Source of the DNA: Hormiphora californensis | Lineage: Eukaryota > Animalia > Ctenophora | Assembly (NCBI GenBank): GCA_020137815.1 | Contig: CM035350.1 | Coordinates: forward strand, 6,696,001-6,760,000 | Direction: 5' to 3' | DNA length: 64,000 nt | Part shown: positions 27,411 through 39,015 of the stretch, one piece after another | How positions within the stretch are numbered: the first letter of the stretch is position 1 | Layout of the letters: each line of letters begins with the position of its first letter | Made by a program: the position numbers and the translations under genes | Notes under the pieces: generated by a model | Databases searched by the model: none | Seen by the model: the letters and a program-made list of their open reading frames with translations, nothing else | Told to the model about the DNA's origin: nothing

Positions 27411-28536
27411 GGTCATTTTTTTTTTAACTTGTGCAACTACCAAATTTTTTCAAATGATCATAGCAAAATAGCTGTGGCCACTGGAAATTTACTCAGCACC
27501 TCAAAAAATCGAGAAATATTAAAAGTTCAATTTAGTGAAAGAACGAAGTCTCTAGCTTACTCCAGTGAGGTGCTATAGCATTTCTATGCCGTGAGGTGCT
27601 ATCGTGAGGTGCCCCCGATTTGTAGAAATACCGTTTGATCAAAAATCTCCAAACTTTCAGAAATGGTGGGGATATTTCTCACTCATCAGATGAGGTGAAA
27701 ACCATGGAAAAATTTACTCATTTGGTGAGGTGCAAGCCGATTTTAGAGCTAAAAGTTTACTCACTAGGGGTCAAATGAGTAAATAAAGAATTGAAACTTG
27801 GCATAAAGCAAGATTAGACAATTTCCCTCCTGATTTACCGAAAATTTGCTCTAAAAATTACTCAGCGAGTGAGGTGCAGACCCTCAAAAAATGACATATT
27901 TTACCTACTTCTCCAGTGCACCTCACAGGTTGAGCAATGACCTTGGAATCGATTAGGTAGTGTTTGGGGATGTCATATGAGCAAATTAAGGCCACTTTCA
28001 GAACTATATACTCACTGAGTGAGGTGCAATTAGCGTTTGAAGAAAATACAGTTTTTTGGGTGCACCTCACTCATTGAGCAAAATTTTTGGAACTTTTTTG
28101 GTACAAATGATGGTTTTGAGTCTACTGCAAGTATCTAGCTAGGAAAAGTCGTGAAACGTGAGGTGCTACGGGCTTAAAAGTAGCTGTAAGTATACAGTGT
28201 AACTTTAAACACCGGTTGCACCTCATATATTGAGTAAGTTTGCTTACATATTTTAATGGTGTTTATTATGGACATTTTTCAGCATATTTTCGAAAATTTT
28301 AGGAAAAAATATTAAAATTTGACGGAATGGCACACGCTTTTGCAAACATGGTCACCGGCACCTCACGAGGTGAGTTTTTAATTTATTTTGCCTGTAAATC
28401 TATTCCCTATACACTTTTACACATAATATTCGTTGGAAAATAATATTTTTTGACAAAAACTATGATAAAAGTCGAAAAAACTGAACTTATGTCATTTTCG
28501 GAAAAAATTTTGCACAAGTTAAAAAAAAAAATGACC
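27411..28536. mobile_element. Non-autonomous TIR DNA transposon (1126 bp), 4-bp TSD ATTT (Sola1-like AWWT)
   Basis: TIR ggtcattttttttttaacttgtgcaa at both ends; attt flanks at 27407-27410 and 28537-28540; about a dozen internal tgaggtgc/gcacctca motifs. Confidence 0.8.
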
Positions 28537-28549
28537 ATTTATAAAAAAA

Positions 28550-28778
28550 CTCCATTTTTTTCAATTGTTCATCCCCCAAAGTCGTGCGACGTGCGCGGAA
28601 TTGTTTTGCGCGTTTAATAATAGTAATATACTCCTTTTTTATTCAACTGTTCACCCCCCAAAGTCGTGCGCAGAATTGTTTTGCGCATTTATCACATGTT
28701 AACGTGTAGCGTGCGCAGCGTAAATTAAAATATCACACACGGACGAGTTGAGGGGTGAACAGTTGAAGAAAAATGGAC
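28550..28778. mobile_element. Degenerate MITE-like element; a related right-end fragment recurs at ~30536-30610
   Basis: tccattttt(t)tcaa(c/t)tgttca(c/t)cccc versus ggggtgaacagttgaagaaaaatggac. The segment acatgttaacgtgtagcgtg..ggggaacagttgaaaaaagtggac is repeated at 30536-30610. Confidence 0.55.
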
Positions 28779-28910
28779 TTTAATAATAATATATACATTT
28801 GATATACCGCTTTTATGCGTTATAAATGGAGGAAACACCTAAAAAACCTAATGGCTAGTGTTGTATGAACATCTCTCCACCGTCTTGGAATAATAGAATA
28901 AAAAGCTATA

Positions 28911-29194
28911 GGGATCCCTAAAAAAGTTCAGTATTTACACAGCGTTTACACAGTCTTTACACAGTCGTTACACCCAGAGCGGCGCGTGCTGCGTTTTTCT
29001 AAGAAAATATTGGATTGTGTGCTGCACAATTGGGTAAATTGAGCGCTGCGGCGAAAAAAGTTTCCGAAAACGCTGCAAATCGAGTGCGAAAGACGCAGTC
29101 TTTACACCCAGAGCGGCGCGGGCGCTCTGGGTGTAACGACTGTGTAAAGGCTGTGTAAACGCTGTGTAAATACTGAACTTTTTTTAGGGATCCC
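28911..29194. mobile_element. MITE with ~70-bp TIRs and TA flanks
   Basis: gggatccctaaaaaagttcagtatttacacagcgtttacacag...ctgtgtaaacgctgtgtaaatactgaactttttttagggatccc. Confidence 0.85.
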
Positions 29195-29420
29195 TATGCT
29201 TAGATAATCATCATCATCAATATACATTTAATATCCCGCTTTTTAGCACATATTACAAACTAGCACTAACATAAAGATAAACCTTAATGGATAGTTTAGA
29301 ACTTTCTAAAGCGGCTTCCTTAGATCGAGATTGGGTTAATAGTCTAGGACTGTAGATAAGAGTTCGTGCTCACTATTTTATACTCTATCATATCCCATCG
29401 GCACTCACACAGTATTCAAA

Positions 29421-30419
29421 TCAGGTACCCTCAACCACCTCATTCCCACGGATTATGTAGTGTTTGTCAGGATACCTCTTAGCCATTTGTTTTAGCCGAT
29501 CTACCAACTGTTTCCTAACATTTCTTTCCTCCGGTGTTCGATCCGGTGAAATATATACTTTATCATACTTTTCAGTCCCTCTCAGCTGCGATTTTTTCGA
29601 CAGAATCGACTTCTGAGCATCCCTGTTTCGTAGCACTACTTTCACTGGTCTGGCAGTTTGAGACTGCTTTCCCAATCGCACTAATGATGTCACAACCGGA
29701 GCCTCTTCCAGCTCAGCAAAAATGGATTTCACTTGAGTTTCAAGCTCATCACTCTTGTCATTCAGTTCGTCCAAACCATGGATGATGATGTTACAGCCAC
29801 GATCATCAGATGCTGCAGCAAGAGCCGACTGTATCTTCTTTGGGGCCAGGGCAGTAGCACATTCTTTCTCCAGAACAGATGCAAAGCTCTGTATTTCCTG
29901 CTGTGCCGTTGTCTGAACAGCGGTGATTTCAGATTCTCTCTTTTCGAGTAGTTGTCTCTGCATTTTTAGCAGCTCCTCCTGTGCAGCTACCAGATCTCTC
30001 TGGGTTTTGATTAACTCTTCACTTCGCGTTTTGAGCTCCTTCTCGAACTTCTTCACCCGTAGTGTATCATCACCCATTGAAAACAGCTCCGCGATAATAG
30101 GAAAAGTCTGACCCATCAGTATTTTGAACGCACTCTCAACAAGACCTACGAGTTCTGGCTTTTTCAGTGAGTTATTGAGTTTATCCCACGTCGGAAACTC
30201 CAGATTGTTCCAATCATCAGCAGATAGTCCGTACCGATTCTCTACATTATCCGGGTCATAGATTATTTTATTCGGGTCTACCTTCCCAAAACCTCCAGTT
30301 TTCGTCAGGACCTCTCTCACCCACTCGACCGTTAGTTCTTGGCAGTAGGTGACATCAACTTGTTCAGCGACGTCTACTCCCAGGTAAAATCGTGGATCTT
30401 CATAATCAGATTCAGTCAT
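29421..30419 (-). CDS. LINE (L2/CR1-group) ORF1-like protein: coiled coil plus RRM-like/CTD region
   Basis: Coiled coil (KKFEKELKTRSEELIKTQRDLVAAQEELLKMQRQLLEK) followed by NIIIHGLDE..RLGK..RPVKVVL..VYISPDRTPEERNVRKQLV..YIIRGNEVV, typical of LINE ORF1. Confidence 0.85.
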   Translation of the reverse strand: MTESDYEDPRFYLGVDVAEQVDVTYCQELTVEWVREVLTKTGGFGKVDPNKIIYDPDNVENRYGLSADDWNNLEFPTWDKLNNSLKKPELVGLVESAFKILMGQTFPIIAELFSMGDDTLRVKKFEKELKTRSEELIKTQRDLVAAQEELLKMQRQLLEKRESEITAVQTTAQQEIQSFASVLEKECATALAPKKIQSALAAASDDRGCNIIIHGLDELNDKSDELETQVKSIFAELEEAPVVTSLVRLGKQSQTARPVKVVLRNRDAQKSILSKKSQLRGTEKYDKVYISPDRTPEERNVRKQLVDRLKQMAKRYPDKHYIIRGNEVVEGT

Positions 30420-30468
30420 TTCGTGTCTATCTGCCCTTTGGGGCGGTCACATAACGTACATCTTCCTG

Positions 30469-30510
30469 CTCAAATTAATTTGTTTAAAGTAGTGTTGAAA
30501 AGTTTGAAAC
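30469..30510 (-). other. Ctenophore spliced-leader exon sequence (genomic retrocopy, not an SL RNA gene)
   Basis: Minus strand reads GTTTCAAACTTTTCAACACTACTTTAAACAAATTAATTTGAG, matching the Pleurobrachia/Hormiphora SL as I recall it (from memory, not searched). It is followed by CAGGAAG rather than a GT donor and Sm site. Confidence 0.75.
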
Positions 30511-30803
30511 ATGTTATCATGTTTATCATGTTTATTACATGTTAACGTGTAGCGTGTGCAACAAAAATTCTAAATTTCAGTTTTTAGGGGAACAGTTGAA
30601 AAAAGTGGACTCTGTGACCAATCGTGGTGTGCGTTTATTATCTGAGACCCCGGTGTCGGCTTGGGGCGCGATTATAATCTGGGTGCCTTGCAGCCTGTTT
30701 ACAGGTGCGCGCTACCAAAAGAGTATACCGACTTTTTTCAAACGGCTATAGCCATGGAACCAAATGGCCGATTTGAGTAAACTAAACGGTATCAGTTAGA
30801 GAA

Positions 30804-30920
30804 TCATCATCATCATCATCACAAAATACTTAATATTCCGCTTTATAGCTTTTACTTGTCAGAAAAGTTCTTACATATGCTAGAAAACACACAGACTAAA
30901 CTAACGGCTTTCAAAAGCGG
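30804..30920 (-). mobile_element. Short 3'-end fragment of a related LINE/SINE with a (GAT)n tail; a third similar tail at ~28780-28830
   Basis: catcatcatcatc..ttaatattccgcttt...aaaagcgg has the same architecture as 29207-29313. taataataatatatacatttgatataccgctttt occurs at 28781. Confidence 0.55.
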
Positions 30921-30998
30921 TGGAGCCTACTTCGAATCACCCGAGATCACACACAAATTGTGTATGGGTCCAAGCCATTCGAAGGAGGCTCCAATATA

Positions 30999-31216
30999 CT
31001 CGGATTTTTTGAAACTGTCACCCCCCTGAAATAACAAAATTTGTCATATCACCGGTTCCTGATAAGATATAGACTTGAAATTTGGAGGTTCGGAAGAACT
31101 TAGCAAGATCTTCGTAACTTCCAAATTTCAAGTCTCTATCTCATCAGGAACCGGACTTATGGTCATTTAAAGAAATTTGAAAACTCTAGGGGGGTGACAG
31201 TTTCAAAAAATCCGAC
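30999..31216. mobile_element. Foldback MITE
   Basis: tcggattttttgaaactgtcacccccct / agggggtgacagtttcaaaaaatccga, plus an inner palindrome ccggttcctgat..agacttgaaatttgga / tccaaatttcaagtct..atcaggaaccgg. Confidence 0.8.
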
Positions 31217-32144
31217 TTTACCTACAACTCAAGAAACTACTATAAATATGAAATGTCTGTTGTCAATAATGTCCTGTACAGATACATTTCCTGCAACTAT
31301 TAGAGTCATGATCTTCATTTAGTTAGTTAAATAATAAGTTAAATAATAAGTTAATTAAAAACACACACACACACACACACTTCACACTCTATTCTCAATT
31401 ATAACCACGTACGACCATTATAATTACAAACAAAAATTAACAAATTTCACATAGTTTGTCATTATCCCGGGATCAATAAACATTGCATCATTGTTTTAGG
31501 GATGTACATTTATCGTTTCCTTTCCCTTATACGTCCACTCTCTCCTATCCTAGAGAATCTGTCCGTGCCCCGTGATGATGTATGGAAATAGGAATCTTAA
31601 AATCTTTAGAATCTTGAGGAAACCTGACTACTGAAAAAGGGGAGAGAAACGGCCCACTTATGGGTGTTAGGGTTACGTGTTAGTGGACAGTAAACTGTCA
31701 AGAAGGGTATGCTACTAAGGAGAACTGAATTAATGGAACTGGAGATACGAGGTTCGAGAGTCAATAACTATATACTTGCCCTAATCAATGTAGATCAATC
31801 CATGCTCTTCAGTAAGTATAAGATCGAAGATATCATCAATCGATATGGATATCAGGATCACGGATTATATCAGGATCACGGTCTCGATATATCTGAAAAT
31901 AGGGCGCACCGGAGGTGGTTTCAACAGTCAGTTTGAACCTCCAGATGCTAGCTGATACCATCTATTGCACCATCTAAGACTATGCAATAAATGGCACCAT
32001 AATGTCAGACGTTGGGTCACAGGGTAAACTACAGTCATTGTCGAGTCAGTCTGCAGGGGAAGGGAGGGGAGGTTTTTTTTTTTTTTTTTCAATTCTTTTT
32101 CTGTCTTTTATCCTGGCTCTTTTTTTCAATGGGGGTGGGGGATT

Positions 32145-32540
32145 TTTTTTTTTTTTTTTTTAACTTAGCCGAGGAGGTCCAAAATCACCAAAGAAACGAA
32201 ATAATTCTCTCAGAAACCAACTCGCTCAAACTCGGGCTCCAACACTCTTGAAACAACTCTTCAATAAATTCCAGTCTCTACCAAACATCACACACGTACA
32301 TACATGTAAACAAATAGACAATAGAATACAATTGCACTTGCACTGTTACAGTCCATACGCCTTCCGGAAAAGATGTGTTTTGAGAAGCTGCTTAAAAAGC
32401 ACCTCCGAGGTTTCCTCCCTGATCTTCCTTGGCAGTTCATTCCACAATTTAGGCCCAGCTATTGACAGCCGCCTTTCATTAATTTTGTACCTCACTGTAT
32501 GCGACTTCTTTACCAGTAGTATGTGATCGTCATCAGCTCT
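32145..32540 (-). mobile_element. 5'-truncated L2-like LINE (ORF2 C-terminus, 3'UTR and poly-A)
   Basis: ..ERRLSIAGPKLWNELPRKIREETSEVLFKQLLKTHLFRKAYGL*, a classic L2/CR1 ORF2 end; poly-T on the + strand at ~32145-32161. Confidence 0.8.
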
Positions 32541-32866
32541 TAGGCCGTGTGTTTAGAATCGATAGCCCTAACCGATAACCCCTAACCAAACCCTAACCAG
32601 ACCCTAACGGATAGCCCTAACCCGTCGCGCGCCCCAAAACTACGAATTGCTAGCAATGAAAGGCACCCAGATTTTAACGTTTTCCGTTGGCTTGTTGTTT
32701 CTTCAAGAGAAAAAAAAAAACTTTAAACAGGAAAATTTTTTAAATTTGAGAAAACAAACTTCATGATCATGCAAAACTTCATGCGCGTTTGCGCGGCATA
32801 GTAAATGCAAGATAAACTGTAACTTTTCGCCACTGACTACTTATGCGCGCGCGTGCGCCCTAAATT

Positions 32867-33160
<294 letters not shown>

Positions 33161-33549
33161 GACTAGACATATTATAAAAATCATTTTTATTTTAAAATCA
33201 CGAATAAGATATTATACAAATATTCAATTTACAATCGTTTTTAACCCAAAGTGAACATGATCCTCTCTGACTTTCAAGAAGCAACTCCTCTTTCATTTTT
33301 CAATCTCAGCTCCAGTAAATTAGGTCCTGAAGTAATCACATGTCACAATCAATATACTGTTACCTACAGGCCATGACAGTACACATAACTTTCGAATTTC
33401 CACATCTCGATGGACAAAAGCCTCAAATTAATAAGCTCAATGAGCGGCTCAAAACCATATTTTGTCTGACTTTGTCTGGAGGCGGTGACACCGTTTTGAT
33501 TTTGATCAGATCGCTCAGACTGGATCTCCGCCACCAGACAAGGTTTTCC

Positions 33550-34211
33550 CTACTTTATTTTCAAGCTGCTGGCTTGATCAACACCGTGGTCACACTGCAA
33601 AGTAATGTTGATGAAGATGGGTTGCGTGTGACAGTGGCAACACGCCGTTTTCCTGACTCTCCTTCTTGATTTTGAGGATTTTGTACTCTCTGCTTTTGAT
33701 TTTCTGGAACACGACTGTGAAAAAGGGGAATTGGAATTAGACTCGATCATTGACCAAGAAATTGGCTACTTAAACCCGCCTAAAAGATTGTCACAATGTC
33801 CCGAACGCCTAAACTAAGTTTCGTGTAAGCAAACCCCAAGAAAGTATAGGCCGCAATTTTGGGGTCCGCGTAGCCATGGTGATTGGTGACACTTTTTTAG
33901 TGTCACCCATGACTACCCCAGATATCCAAATATCCCCAACACCCACACACAAAACCAAAGAAACCTACGCTCTTAAAGGATTTCTCATCCTCACTATCGA
34001 CAGGGTGAAACTTTCCATCTCTCAGCTCCAGCTGGATCATACTTGGCCCATCTGGGTGGACCTGCAGCTCCACGGGCTCTGTTCTTGAGGGTGTTTTGGA
34101 CCGTGACCCCCGGCTGCTCCTCCTAGACCGGGACGACCCACCCTTGGTCTTCCTGCTGTGGGCTGAGCTAGATCTCCTTCTTCTCTCTACCGCTGTAATG
34201 TCTTCTGACAT
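33550..34211 (-). CDS. Putative small Ser/Arg/Lys-rich protein, two exons (34211-~33969, ~33716-33550), unknown function
   Basis: ORF MSEDITAVERRRRSSS..FKS|gtaggt spliced to tcacag|SCSRKSK..CCHCHTQP..KIK*. Confidence 0.4.
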
Positions 34212-34636
34212 TATGTTAAATCAGTGTAGAGGTGTGAGACTGTAATGGAGCTGCAGCTGTAGGAGTTCTATTAGGACTTTTGCAGCACGAGTCAGTATAT
34301 AGATCGTGTATCGTGGTGTGGAGAGTGGTGGTTGTAAGATCAGCTGCTGATGGGTGACAAAACAACAAAGTGCAAGGAATTATGCGATGTGACGTGTGAA
34401 TGCGATGTTGTGTGAATGTTGTGTGTGTGTTGTGATTGCTGCATACTCGTTTCAGTGCAACATCACACGCAGAGGAAAAATATCCTACCCCGATAGACTC
34501 GATAAACAAACACACTTTTAGCAATTAATTCAAGTAACCTGTGACAGGTTAATAAAACAAACAGTATATACACAATTTAGCCCTGAAGCCTGAACATATT
34601 AATTTCTTATGAAATGTCTCATTTAGTGGGAGAAAA

Positions 34637-37600
34637 TCAGGACTTTTTGTCACCCCTTTTCTCCTCCTTCCTATCCCTATCCCTTTTCTCATCCTTTCTA
34701 TCTCGACCTCTCTTTTCATCTTTTCTATCTCTTTCTCTCCTCTCCCCTTTCCTATCTCTATCTCTCTTCCCATCCTTTTTATCCCTTTTGCTTCTCTCTT
34801 TCTTCTTGTCGTCTTTTTTCGAGTCCGTATCTTTTTTCGAGTCCGTATCTTTTTTCGAGTCCGTATCTTTCATATCGGATTTCTTGCAGGAAGTGTCGCA
34901 GTTGGCTGATTCACTTTGCTCCTCTTTGCTCTCCACATTCTTATCTCCACCTTCCTTCAGAGAGAGATTTCATATGAAGGGTAGTAGGGCAGGTGCTGTG
35001 ATCTGATCCCGTGGTGCTATGGAACCATCCTGAAACGACACGGACACAATATCTTCCCAGGGGACTTTACACACATTGTAGCAGCACAGAAAGATAGCAA
35101 GGTGGTAGCAGAGCGGTATACTGTTCAAATTGAAATGCTCTAGCTTCAGAAGAAATGCAAATGTCACATAACAACAACACATTTGCAGCTTGCTCGATCC
35201 TCTCTTTCTCAACATTAGCAGCAGATGAAGATACGGCAAGAGAGCTAAAGAGAAAAGAACATTCCCAAGGTCACGTATCCCCAAATACTACAAAAGTGCA
35301 GTAGAGATTTTTCACAGTCAGCCAGCTGAAGTCTTTTCTGCAGGTCACTTGTTAGCAACATATTCGATAGCTTAGGCACCACCAACAGCAGAGCTCTTTA
35401 CCTTTCTACGCTCAACTGCCTCGATTAGGTCGTTAGTCAGCTTTGGGTCAGTGCCAATTTTCCGTTGAGATCCTCCGTTGCCCACATTGAGGGGAACCAC
35501 CTCGACTTGGTGGCCCTCTTCCCACTCAACATTCCTTCCCAGTTCCTCGCCCAGTGAACCATTGTTTTCCTGTATCACTTTCACTAGCTCCTCCTCTGCT
35601 TGTTGTGCCTCCTGTACCAATGGTACATCCTCCACCTGTGTCTCTTCTATCTGTGTCTCTTCTATCTGTACTTCACCTAATGGTGCCTCCTCCCCCTCGA
35701 TATTCTTCTCCTGGGTTTCTGCCCCGTGCCTGGACTCACAACAATGACATGATTCATCTCGTATCTCTTCCTTGAAAATAGGTGGAGGGATCTCCTCCTC
35801 TTCTACCAGTTTGATATCTTCTTGGATCAGTTCATCTTGTCCCACTAAAGGATCAGTGCCCCTTTCCAGTTCTTTGGTGTTGTCTTTATCGGTATAATCA
35901 AAGACATTATCCAGCATAGAGGGGGAGGCGGGTGTGTTGGGCGGTACAACCGGTCCTCCAACGCTGCTAGTGCTACATGTAGACATTGCTGCTGGTGGGC
36001 GTTCCTCTGATTGTGATACCTAGTGACATACATTGGGATTTAGAATTAATAATCGTTAAATGTTAGCAGATTTTAGAAACCAAATCGCAGAAATAAGTTC
36101 AGACATTAAGATCTATCTGTCGAGTATTAGAATAGGATTTCAAAAGGTGAAAATACTGCGTGGATACATTGGACGAGTGGGGTGGGAGGGGGTAAAGTGA
36201 GGTATATAGCTACACAAAATGAGACACTGTCAGTGTCAATGACAGCATAGAAGAGGCTGATGCGACCTGTATGGAGTTCATTATGAAGGAGTGTGTGACA
36301 CAAATTAGACTCTGAGTAATAAGATCATCTAGACATGCTAGCAGCAGCACAAGATGAGATATGAGAGAGATGAGAGATGGAAGACAGAGATATCATCTCA
36401 TCACAAAGATAGATAGATACAGAGAGGGAGAGATATCTCATCAAAGATAATGGACACCACAGAGTGCACTCAGTAAGAAAGCAGCATACAGCTCAGGCTA
36501 TAACAATTACCCCAGTGCAAGATAGAACACACTCTGAAAGGTGCTAATGCTGGACAAATAGACAGAGCTGGTGGGGTGGTGGGTGGGGTATTTATATTTT
36601 AACTAGGTGCTGTAGTACAACTAGGGGAATTATATTTGTTGGGTAAGGGGTGGCTCAACACGGAATTATAGAACGTTACACAACAATCAAACCTATAAAG
36701 CCTCATGAAGAAACACACTGCCACAATGATAGAGCATGTAAAATGTGTACAAAGGTTTACACGCGTTGAAGCAGCTCAGTTGAAGCACCGTGTAGAACAA
36801 GTGCAGTGTATCTGGTGCCCACATAACTCGATGCAGACAACACACGGTACATGACACACGGACTAATTGGTACACATAACACAAGCAAAAACAGAAGAGA
36901 GAAAAAGTGAATGCCAGTAGAGACAAGAGAATGAATAATTGCGGTTGATATATAATTGCGGGCCGGTTGCTAACTACACTATAGATTCTGATTGGTGAGT
37001 TAATTGGCAGTTCATAGATTGGCTCGTGGTCAATCGTGCAGTAATTGGATTCATGCCCAAAATCTAAAAATAATGAGATCTAGTTTCTAACAATGCAGAT
37101 TCCAGAATTGTCAGGCCAATCATGCTCTGACTGAGTTACTGAGAATAGGGTCAGGCCAATGCTCTGACAGGATTACAGGTACTTACTTATTCCTAACGAT
37201 GGTTGCTGGCTGGCTTGTCAACTGGATCAGAGTGCAAGAAAAGAAGGGAAGGGTTGCTTGCACGTGCATTTCTGAGTCACTAACGACTAGCAATCTCCAG
37301 GGATACACATCTGTTGTCTTACTACAAAAACCTAACATTGTCTATTTTGTACTTGAGCCTATAAAGCCCTTCTTGAACTCTCTCTCAGAGTAGATCAAAA
37401 GGGAACGAAAGGGAGAAGGCAGATCAGCTGCCTGTTATGGAGCAGTCAGTGGACTATAACGGGTGACAACTAAAAATTGTCCCTAATTTGAAACGGCTGT
37501 AGAATTTTTCCCTTTTGAGATACAGCTTCTGGCCAGTGATAGAACGATATTTCAGACAATTTTGAATCGGAACAACATGCCGGCAAAGACTAAAAAGTTC

Positions 37601-38807
37601 ATTTTCATTGCGATATCGCATCATTTCCTCTTGCCCCACCAAAGCATGAAGTACGTGAAATCAACACATTCTTCTAACACATCTAGCGCCTGTTCTGTTT
37701 GAGATACAGCTTCGGGATAGTGATAGAATGATTTTTCAGACAATTTTGAACGAAATTAACTTTGTTTCAAACTACGTTAATCTCAATTTCCTGATCAGAA
37801 TCTTCTGTAACAAAGTGTAGTTTACAGGTAATTTGAGAAATCGCCATTTAGAGGATCTCTTGAAACATTAATGACGTGGAAAACCAACTTCCTAGTGAGC
37901 TGAAATTTTCAAACTTGGCAGTTATGTTGGTTATGGCATGAACAACTAAACTTCCAATTTTGAGAATTTTATCTCATCGGTAAGTTTGTTTTTGATCAAA
38001 TAGAAATCTCAAATCTCCGTACTACATGCTTTGGAGGGACAAGAGGAAACGATGCGATATCGCAATGAAAATGAACTTTTTAGTCTTTGCTGGTATGTTA
38101 TTCCGATTCAAAATTGTCTGAAAAATCGTTCTATCACTGGCCCGAAGCTGTATCTCAAAAGGGAAAAATTCTACAGCCGTTTTAAATTAGGGACAATTTT
38201 TAGTTGTCACCCGTTAGAGGCTACAACAAAACGAAGAGCTTGAGCACCGTACCATTGTTCCCATGGTAACGAAAGAGGGGTCTACAGGATAATGAGGTGA
38301 TGATAATCACCGCGGTGCTCAAGCTCCCATGATCTGAATGAGGGTCTTTCTGTTATACACTACCATTGATATGGCTTCATTAAGAGTTCCTGTCAGTGGT
38401 TCAAACGGTGTCATGTGACATTCAATGTGACCCGTTTTCAACCAATAGGGGGTGGAGATGTGAAGTGTGAATGTAATGTGGAATGGGGGGGGGGTGCGGA
38501 GGTTTGGGAATTGATAGGATCTCTTGGGTCATCTAAAACTTCGAACAAATGTGAGAATAAAAAGTAAAGAACCAAATTGGAATAAAATCACGTCCTTTGC
38601 TTTCGTGAACCCGAAATTGAATAATTGCTGATGGAACCCTGCTAGAGATAGAAGAATTGACTCTCTCCCTCTCACAATCTCACACATTCTCCCCTGATGA
38701 TGAAAAACAAGTCCAGCAGGAAAATTTCTACGGGTCCATTCTCAAGTGGATTCCAAGCTAATTCAGCTAAACCTGGTCACATGTATGATGTACTCACAGG
38801 TACCCTT

Positions 38808-38896
<89 letters not shown>

Positions 38897-38980
38897 AGGG
38901 AGAGAGACAGAGAGAGAGAGACAGAGAGACAGAGAGAGACAGAGAGAGACAGAGAGAGACAGAGAGAGACAGAGAGAGAC

Positions 38981-39015
<35 letters not shown>

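Larger units (their letters stand above)
29207..30510 (-). mobile_element. ORF1-only (HAL1-like) non-autonomous LINE-derived retroelement with a spliced leader at its 5' end and a (GAT)n tail
   Basis: Order on the minus strand: SL-like 42-mer (30510-30469), 49-nt UTR, intact 332-aa ORF1, ~210-nt 3'UTR with a ccgcttt..aaagcgg stem, then a gatgatgatgat tail. No RT ORF. Confidence 0.75.

Noticed and set aside
30469-30510. SL RNA gene
   Set aside because: The leader is not followed by a GT donor or a U-rich Sm site; it runs straight into a UTR and ORF, as in a mature mRNA.
32566-32622. Interstitial telomere (ccctaa)n
   Set aside because: Only ~5 interrupted units; more likely part of a repeat element end.
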